Source: Kiritimatiellia bacterium (lineage in GTDB: Bacteria > Verrucomicrobiota > Kiritimatiellia > RFP12 > UBA1067). From it: DNA of 64,000 nucleotides. The translations under genes and the position numbers were made by a program. This document shows, piece after piece, positions 58,085-64,000 of this stretch. Every line of letters starts with the position of its first letter. Position 1 is the stretch's first letter. Below the pieces are notes generated by a model, which saw nothing but the letters and a program-made list of their open reading frames with translations, ran no database searches and had not been told where the DNA came from. The DNA lies in NCBI GenBank assembly GCA_017962315.1, contig JAGCVN010000042.1, forward strand, positions 16,031 through 80,030. Direction: 5' to 3'.

Positions 58085-58690
58085 AATGATAACAAACGGA
58101 TGGGTTCGAACCTAACGGTACTCACGGTCCGCGAACGGCGTCAGGCGTAAGCAAATCCGTTTGTTCTGCGAAATCGGACAACGGTTTTTATCGGATCTTC
58201 AGGCATTCGTACGGGTGTTTTATGCCGACTTCCGGGCATTTCGCCGAAACATGGATTCCCCTTTCCCGTCTTTTCGCTTGATTGAAACGCAGAAATGCAG
58301 AGGCGCAGGGAACGCAAAGGGGGGCAGGTTGTCGTCGACGATGATTCAGAGAGGGGCAATTTCCCCATTGTCCGAATCGCCCCTCGCCGCATCCGCGCCG
58401 TCTTGGGAGGGGTAACGTCCTCGTTACCCGTTCTCGTCTATAACTTCACCCCTCGGCTTGCTGTGCACAGTATAGCAAGTTATCCGAATCGAATCACTCG
58501 CGCCGAAGTGCGAGCGGGGGGCTGCGTTCAAAAAACTCGCGAGGTCTCCCTCCCGTTGCTTTCCTGGGAAACCGTCGTTTCGCACCTCGAAAATACCCTT
58601 TACCGGCTGAATCAGCCCCACACTCATGCACGAAATCCCTTTTTATCTCACGAAAAGGTACCTTGACACGGAGATTCCGCACGCTTGCGG
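58085..58690 (-). repeat. repeat element copy 3 (modules C, B, A on the minus strand; inverted relative to copy 1); hairpin variant GGGTAACG-AGGA-CGTTACCC; micro-ORF variant MFRRNARKSA
   Basis: The reverse complement aligns to 9725..10250 at ~85-90%; it lies upstream of and co-oriented with folC. Confidence 0.6.
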
Positions 58691-58795
58691 CGGTTTAGCG
58701 TGCGGTTTTCGGTTCTTTCTCTGCGTACCCTGCGGCTCTGTGTGAGATTTTCAAACGAGGTTTCTAAGTTTAGATTTACCGTTGTTGAACACATT

Positions 58796-58843
58796 TCTTT
58801 TCAAACGCGATACGACTGGGGGAGTCGCATCGCGTTTGAAAAG
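58796..58843. promoter_or_regulatory. 48-bp near-perfect palindrome (21-bp arms CTTTTCAAACGCGATACGACT / AGTCGCATCGCGTTTGAAAAG, GGGGG loop)
   Basis: Read directly; one mismatch in the arms. Sits ~90 nt upstream of vapB between repeat copy 3 and the vapBC promoter. Confidence 0.4.
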
Positions 58844-58873
58844 AAACGATCCTTGAAATGACGAAGTAACGGA

Positions 58874-58903
58874 TTGACAGCACGACAGGGAAGGCGATAC
58901 TAT
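58874..58903 (+). promoter_or_regulatory. sigma70-like promoter TTGACA-N18-TACTAT upstream of vapBC
   Basis: Read directly. Confidence 0.3.
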
Positions 58904-58931
58904 ACGTGCACACGTAAAAAGGACTGCGCGT

Positions 58932-59183
58932 ATGAATATCACATTGTCGGATCCCCAAAGTGTCGTCCAAAATGTGCGAAATTGGGCGGAAGAACGGGGC
59001 ATCAGCCTCAACAGCTATATTCGCGACCTTCTGGTTGCGAAGGATCGGGAGATTTGCGAGGAGCGCAAATCTTTTGCGGATGCGTCCTACTCGTTCGCGC
59101 TTGCGAATTCGATAGAGATGGAACCGGACTACAAATTTAGCCGAGAGGACGTGGCAGAACGTGTTATGGCTTGTGACAGATGA
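58932..59183 (+). CDS. vapB: VapB-type antitoxin (small DNA-binding protein)
   Basis: 83 aa, 4-nt overlap with the PIN-domain gene. Confidence 0.55.
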   Translation: MNITLSDPQSVVQNVRNWAEERGISLNSYIRDLLVAKDREICEERKSFADASYSFALANSIEMEPDYKFSREDVAERVMACDR

Positions 59184-59533
59184 GATTCCTTGACACGAAT
59201 ATCCTTGTCTATGCCGCAAGTCGGCAGAATTTGAAAAAACGCGATATTGCGTTGCATATTGTGCGCCATGCGCTTGAGGAAAGCAACAATGGCGTAATCT
59301 CGCTTCAAATCCTGCAAAAATTCACGACTGTCATGTTGAAGCGCTCGTTGGCGGCGGACGAGCAGATTGAAGGATACTACACGTATTTCTATAAACTTGT
59401 TAGAACTGAAGTGACATCCGATATGCTTCGTGATGCAATTCATATCAGAAAGGAATACGGCACTCAGTATTACGATGCGGCATCGTGTCCGTTAACCCGT
59501 TCAAGGCGAGGGATGAGAAATGAAGCCCGATAA
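59180..59533 (+). CDS. vapC: PIN-domain toxin VapC with atypical/truncated C-terminus
   Basis: MRFLDTNILVYA (Asp5 motif), ...YYDAAS (third acidic motif) present; the usual C-terminal T.D.DF block is replaced by CPLTRSRRGMRNEAR and overlaps the methyltransferase start. Confidence 0.7.
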   Translation: MRFLDTNILVYAASRQNLKKRDIALHIVRHALEESNNGVISLQILQKFTTVMLKRSLAADEQIEGYYTYFYKLVRTEVTSDMLRDAIHIRKEYGTQYYDAASCPLTRSRRGMRNEAR

Positions 59534-61070
59534 CCATAGAATCGTACTGGTCGGCACGTACCGGCATGAGAACGAGGCGTGGATACGCGAACGCAGACTC
59601 TACAATCTGCCTCTGCCGGAGTCTATTAGCCACAAAGCACGCAAAGGTCGCAAAGAAGATGGGGCGGTCGCCCTACCGTTCCACCGGAACATTGGCGGTA
59701 TCGTGCTGTTTGCCGAGGGACATTCCAACTTTGCGTTCAAGGCGAAGTTCAAGGATGTCGTCGATGGCGAATGGTTGAAAAAGAACGGCTATTCGCTTGC
59801 GGCTAAACCGCATGGCGAGAAGTATGCCCTCTATGAACTGTGCGAGGAATCCACGCCCGCGAAGTTGTTAGGGCGAAAGACGGCCGAGGTGTTCGTCTGC
59901 TCGTCGCGCTGTCCGTGCGTGAAGATCGACGAGGCGTTCTATTCCAAACCGTACCCCGTCACCGGCGGCAAGTCGATGCCCTACGTTTTTGACTGCCTCA
60001 AACCCTACTTCCGCAAGTGGAAATCGGCTACGACGTTCGATCCTGTTCAGGAGGATTTCTTCCAGAACAGCTTTGGTTTTGATTACGGTTTGCAGGTCGC
60101 ACGAGGGATTGTGGAGGAAGCGAAACGGGACGGGGCGTTGACCTGCGTTGAAATATGCGCGGGTGCGGGGGGACAGGCTCTTGGACTTGACAAGGCGGGG
60201 TTCAAGCATGTCGCGCTTGTCGAATACGAAAAAGAGTATTGCGATGTCCTCCGTGCGAACAAGCCAGGGTGGAATGTGATTTGCGGTGACGTGCATGAGT
60301 TTGACGGGACGCCATATCAGGGTGTGGATCTGCTTGCCGGCGGTGTTCCGTGTCCGCCGTTTTCAGTCGCGTCAAAGCAACTTGGAGAAGACGATGAAAG
60401 GGATTTGTTTCCGCAGGCGATAAGGCTCATATCGGAGATTCGTCCGCGCGCCGTGATGCTGGAAAACGTGCGCGGATTCCTCGATCCGAAGTTTGACGCA
60501 TACAGGAACAACATTCTGAATGCGATACGTCGCCTTGGTTACCGTGTGGATATCAAGCTCCTTCAGGCAAACGATTTTGGCGTTCCGCAGATTCGTCCGC
60601 GCGTTGTTATCGTAGGCATACGCAAGGATGAGGGATGTTCGTTCAGTTATCCCGAGGCGAATCGCAGGGCCGCACCTTCCGTCGGAGAGGCGTTGAGGGA
60701 TATGATGGGAGCGAATGGATGGAGAGGTCTTGATACTTGGGTTGCGCGAGCAAACAAAATTGCCCCGACTATTGTGGGGGGGAGCAAGAAGCACGGCGGA
60801 CCGGATCTTGGCCCGACACGGGCACGGCGGGCGTGGGATGAACTTGGTGTTGACGGACTTGGGGTCGCCAACGAGCCGCCGGCGAGGGACTTTGTTGGGA
60901 ATCCGAAACTTACGAAAGAAATGATAGCGAGGATTCAGGGTTTCCCGTCGAATTGGAATTTCGGCAAGCGCAAGACCGCCGCATGCCGTATGATTGGAAA
61001 TGCATTTCCGCCGCCGGTTGCTCGGGCAGTTGGCGTCCAGATCAGAAAGGTGTTGAGTAATGAAGAATAA
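59520..61070 (+). CDS. DNA (cytosine-5)-methyltransferase with ~190-aa N-terminal extension of unknown function
   Basis: Motif I EICAGAGGQALG, motif IV GGVPCPPFS (PC), motif VI LENVRGF, motif VIII QANDFGVPQ.RPR. The N-terminal domain (MKPDNHRIVLVGTYRHENEAW...) is unassigned. Confidence 0.85.
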   Translation: MKPDNHRIVLVGTYRHENEAWIRERRLYNLPLPESISHKARKGRKEDGAVALPFHRNIGGIVLFAEGHSNFAFKAKFKDVVDGEWLKKNGYSLAAKPHGEKYALYELCEESTPAKLLGRKTAEVFVCSSRCPCVKIDEAFYSKPYPVTGGKSMPYVFDCLKPYFRKWKSATTFDPVQEDFFQNSFGFDYGLQVARGIVEEAKRDGALTCVEICAGAGGQALGLDKAGFKHVALVEYEKEYCDVLRANKPGWNVICGDVHEFDGTPYQGVDLLAGGVPCPPFSVASKQLGEDDERDLFPQAIRLISEIRPRAVMLENVRGFLDPKFDAYRNNILNAIRRLGYRVDIKLLQANDFGVPQIRPRVVIVGIRKDEGCSFSYPEANRRAAPSVGEALRDMMGANGWRGLDTWVARANKIAPTIVGGSKKHGGPDLGPTRARRAWDELGVDGLGVANEPPARDFVGNPKLTKEMIARIQGFPSNWNFGKRKTAACRMIGNAFPPPVARAVGVQIRKVLSNEE

Positions 61071-61941
61071 CGCAGCTAAACCGATCTTTGTTGAAGCGCG
61101 TGACCAGTTCCATCGGGCACTTGTACGGCGTGGTGTGTTGGTTGTCGATAAAGCAGGTGTCCCGTCAAACAGCGATAAGGACAATCGGCCTTCATGCGCC
61201 ATAGGGGGTCTCATAGCGGCAAGACTAAAGGCAAAATGTGGAGTAAAGCTTCCCGCGCAAACAGCAGGGAGTATATTCGAGGAACTTGTTTGCGATTTTC
61301 TAAATGCGACATTTCCGCAACTCCAGAATCTGCGCCCAGGGCAATGGAACATCTTCAATCTCGGAAACAACAATACCGTCAAGACCTCAAGTTTCGTTCA
61401 ATACGAACATCTGGCGCATCTTGCCAAGGTGATACATTCTGACAGTCAGTTGGCAACGATGCTTGGCAATGGTTACGTCGTCGCACCTGACATAGTTATA
61501 TCAAGAGTGCCTTGTGAAGACGAAGAGATTAATTCTGTAAGGCGTTTCGTCGATGGAACCGTCGCCTTGAAGGCGGACATCCGACGGAAGAATAACCCGT
61601 TGGAAATTATGCACGCTTCTGTGTCCGCCAAATGGACGATGCGGAGTGATCGTGCGCAGAACAGTCGCACAGAAGCGTTAAACCTTATACGGAACAGGAA
61701 AGGGCGAGTCCCCCATATCGTTGTTGTGACGGGAGAACCGTTGCCATCAAGACTCGCTTCACTTGCACTTGGAACTGGTGATATTGACTGCATTTACCAT
61801 TTTGCGCTTCACGAGTTGATTGATGCTGTTAGAGAATATGGTAAAGATGGACGAGAGGATGTCATTGAACTTCTTGATATGATGGTCAATGGTAAGTGCT
61901 TGAAGGACATCTCCGATTTGCCGCTTGATTTGGCTTGTTGA
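61060..61941 (+). CDS. probable type II restriction endonuclease, Cfr10I/Bse634I/NgoMIV-like (PD...(D/E)xK variant)
   Basis: 293 aa immediately after, and overlapping, the m5C methyltransferase. ...VAPDIVISR...VALKAD...SAKWTMRSDR... resembles the catalytic blocks of the RCCGGY/GCCGGC family. Similarity judged from memory, not searched. Confidence 0.5.
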   Translation: MKNNAAKPIFVEARDQFHRALVRRGVLVVDKAGVPSNSDKDNRPSCAIGGLIAARLKAKCGVKLPAQTAGSIFEELVCDFLNATFPQLQNLRPGQWNIFNLGNNNTVKTSSFVQYEHLAHLAKVIHSDSQLATMLGNGYVVAPDIVISRVPCEDEEINSVRRFVDGTVALKADIRRKNNPLEIMHASVSAKWTMRSDRAQNSRTEALNLIRNRKGRVPHIVVVTGEPLPSRLASLALGTGDIDCIYHFALHELIDAVREYGKDGREDVIELLDMMVNGKCLKDISDLPLDLAC

Positions 61942-61972
61942 AGCATGGCGCATAAAAAAGGATTCTGTGGAC

Positions 61973-62212
61973 ATGAAATACAGATTCAGATATACGGTAA
62001 CTAAAGCTTTGGACCTTTGCATCGAAGCTAACAATAGTGCCGAAGCATTGCGGTTCGCTGAGAATTATACTTCTATGCGTTTTTGTGACAATACGGATGA
62101 CCTTTTGACGATTGATCATAGCCTAAAAGTTGTTCCTGAAGACGACAAGTCTCCTTACGATATGGGGTTTTATCGACCAGATGAGACTGTACGTGAACTT
62201 TCGGCATTGTGA
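61973..62212 (+). CDS. small hypothetical protein in low-GC island
   Basis: 80-aa ORF with RBS AAGGA, low GC (~42%). Confidence 0.3.
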   Translation: MKYRFRYTVTKALDLCIEANNSAEALRFAENYTSMRFCDNTDDLLTIDHSLKVVPEDDKSPYDMGFYRPDETVRELSAL

Positions 62213-62271
62213 GAGACATGTTTGCTATGTAGCCGATTTGAACTTGTGTTTTACGTCTAGTTAAAGAAAGA

Positions 62272-63282
62272 ATGAAAGCGATGATGAAACAAAGAATCAT
62301 GTTGGTTGCGCTTACGGCGGTGGGCGCAGCGGTGTGTGCCGGGCAGGAGGCTGCCTGTTCCGGCGAGGCGAAGAATCCGATCGTTGAGGGTTGGTATGCC
62401 GATCCGCAGATCAGGAAGTACGGAAACGAATACTGGGTGTTTCCGACGGTGTCGGACAAGTTCCGCAAGCAGACGTTCTTCGACGCGTTTTCATCGAGCG
62501 ACCTCAAGACGTGGAAGAAGCATCCGCGTATCCTGACGACGAACGAGGTCACCTGGGCGCGGGGCGCGATGTGGGCGCCGGACGCGCACGAGGTGGGCGA
62601 CAAGTACTACTTCTTCTTCAGCGCGAACGACTCCTATCCCGTGAGCGGACGGCGCGAGGACGGCGAACCCAAACGGGAAGCCGGCCTTCAGGGTTACGGC
62701 GGAATCGGCGTGGCCGTCGCGGACCGTCCGGAAGGTCCGTACCGTGATCTCATCGGCAAGCCGCTCATCGACCGCTTCTGGAACGGGGCGCAGCCAATCG
62801 ACCAGTATGCGTTCGAGTACAAGGGCGACTGGTACATGGTGTACGGCGGTTGGGGACGCTGCAACCTCGTGAAGCTCGCCAAGGACTTCAAGTCGCTCGT
62901 TCCGTTCGAGGATGGTTCGCTCTGGCGCGACTTCACGCCGAAGGGCTACGTCGAGGGTTCGGTGATGTTCGAGCGCAAGGGCAAGTGGTACTTCATGTAC
63001 TCGTGCGGCGGCTGGACGCGGGACGACTACTGCGTCAACTACAGCGTCGGCGACACGCCGTTCGGTCCGTTCGAGTTCAAGGGCAAGGTGCTGGGCGTGA
63101 AGCGTCCGCTGGCGACGGGCGCCGGACACCACTCGGTCATCCGCGTGGGCGAGGACGACTGGCGCATCTGCTACCATCGCCGTCCGATTCCGAGCAAGGG
63201 CCCGCACCACCGCGTTGTCTGCATCGACCGCATGGAGTTCGACGCAAACGGCGACATCAAGCCCGTTGAAATGACAGAATGA
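62272..63282 (+). CDS. glycoside hydrolase family 43 (beta-xylosidase/alpha-L-arabinofuranosidase-type 5-bladed propeller)
   Basis: Signal peptide; NPIVEGWYADPQI...WVFPT...MWAPD... GH43 catalytic blocks. Confidence 0.85.
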   Translation: MKAMMKQRIMLVALTAVGAAVCAGQEAACSGEAKNPIVEGWYADPQIRKYGNEYWVFPTVSDKFRKQTFFDAFSSSDLKTWKKHPRILTTNEVTWARGAMWAPDAHEVGDKYYFFFSANDSYPVSGRREDGEPKREAGLQGYGGIGVAVADRPEGPYRDLIGKPLIDRFWNGAQPIDQYAFEYKGDWYMVYGGWGRCNLVKLAKDFKSLVPFEDGSLWRDFTPKGYVEGSVMFERKGKWYFMYSCGGWTRDDYCVNYSVGDTPFGPFEFKGKVLGVKRPLATGAGHHSVIRVGEDDWRICYHRRPIPSKGPHHRVVCIDRMEFDANGDIKPVEMTE

Positions 63283-63300
63283 CGTCTGTTCAAGGGAAAT

Positions 63301-64000
63301 ATGAGAACGATAATGAGACTGAACTTAGGCTGGGCGGCTGTTGTTGCGCTAGCGCTGACCTTTGTAGGTCCGTCTAGCGCCGGCAGTCGTAATGAAATGC
63401 TTGAAGACCGGGACACCCTGCGTCCGAACGAGCGCACGGCATCCGTTTACCACGCCTATGAATTCGCGCCGATAGCCGACACGCCGCCGCCGAACGGATT
63501 CTGTCCGTTCTATATCAGCCACTACGGACGGCATGGTTCAAGGCGTCTTTCAGGAAGTGCGGTGGCGGACGTGATTGGCGCTCTTGAAAAGGCATACAAG
63601 CGCAACGTACTAACCGAGACGGGACATTCGCTTCTCCACGATATGCGTAAGATCGAAGCTGTCCATTGCGATATGGCCGGACAACTCACCGAACGCGGTG
63701 CCTGGGAGCATCGGCGGCTTGCCTGTCGCATGGCGGACAGATTTCCCGAAGTGTTTTCACGTCCTCGCCGTGTCCATTGCCGTAGTTCTGTGAGTCCGCG
63801 GGTTCTGACCAGTCAGGCAAACTTCACGATAACGCTGAAGGATGTCGCGCCGCAACTAGAATTCGACTTCGCGACGGGCGAACGGCACCACAAGATTATC
63901 AACCCGTTGCACTGGGCACGGATGGACAGGCCAGAAATCGCCAAGCGCACGGAAAAACTTTCCGGGGCGCTTGCGCAAGACTGGATTGATCCGAAACCGC
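63301..64000 (+). CDS. histidine phosphatase superfamily (branch 2, acid phosphatase/phytase-like) secreted protein, N-terminal part (runs off window end)
   Basis: Signal peptide; RHG motif 'SHYGRHGSRRLSG'. Confidence 0.6.
   Translation, partial: MRTIMRLNLGWAAVVALALTFVGPSSAGSRNEMLEDRDTLRPNERTASVYHAYEFAPIADTPPPNGFCPFYISHYGRHGSRRLSGSAVADVIGALEKAYKRNVLTETGHSLLHDMRKIEAVHCDMAGQLTERGAWEHRRLACRMADRFPEVFSRPRRVHCRSSVSPRVLTSQANFTITLKDVAPQLEFDFATGERHHKIINPLHWARMDRPEIAKRTEKLSGALAQDWIDPKP

Noticed and set aside
57904-58700. Possible THF riboswitch upstream of folC
   Set aside because: THF-I/THF-II conserved motifs (GAGUAG..., CGCGUUAAGUG...) are absent. The leader instead matches the dispersed repeat family.

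Overview
High-GC (roughly 60-65%) bacterial chromosomal segment, densely coding on both strands. Gene content (GH97, GH43, DUF1080/3-keto-disaccharide-hydrolase-like lipoprotein, many Tat/Sec-secreted proteins, 2-oxoacid:ferredoxin oxidoreductase, corrinoid methyltransferase) suggests an anaerobic, polysaccharide-degrading Gram-negative-type organism; that is inference only. Main blocks: (i) 1-9.7 kb, a defence island with an interference-only type I-C CRISPR-Cas operon on the minus strand (cas3 split by an in-frame TGA, then cas5, cas8c, cas7), no cas4/cas1/cas2 and no CRISPR array in the window. Downstream of cas7 sits an unusual three-gene cassette (34-aa RHH-like ORF, methyltransferase-motif protein, AlbA_2/Schlafen-like ATPase) with its own promoter and a terminator-like hairpin; a divergent XRE/ImmA-like regulator lies on the other side of cas3. 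(ii) The rtcB-rtcA RNA-repair operon, with a sigma54-type promoter and a 44-aa leading ORF. (iii) Housekeeping and metabolic genes: fused corrinoid/MtaA-like methyltransferase, kor ferredoxin oxidoreductase operon, zur-znuACB, tgt, acyl-CoA synthetase, glycoside hydrolases, RNase HIII, DsbD, proS, an HU-family protein, hisS, folC. (iv) A compact FAS/PKS-like cassette (PyrD-like flavoprotein, FabZ-like dehydratase, hotdog thioesterase, ketosynthase). (v) A low-GC island carrying vapBC and a type II m5C restriction-modification system. (vi) A family of structured non-coding repeat elements at five or more intergenic sites, two near-full copies in inverted orientation about 48 kb apart, with a compensatory base-pair change in a conserved hairpin and a conserved micro-ORF. 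Coordinates of small motifs are approximate, within a few nt.
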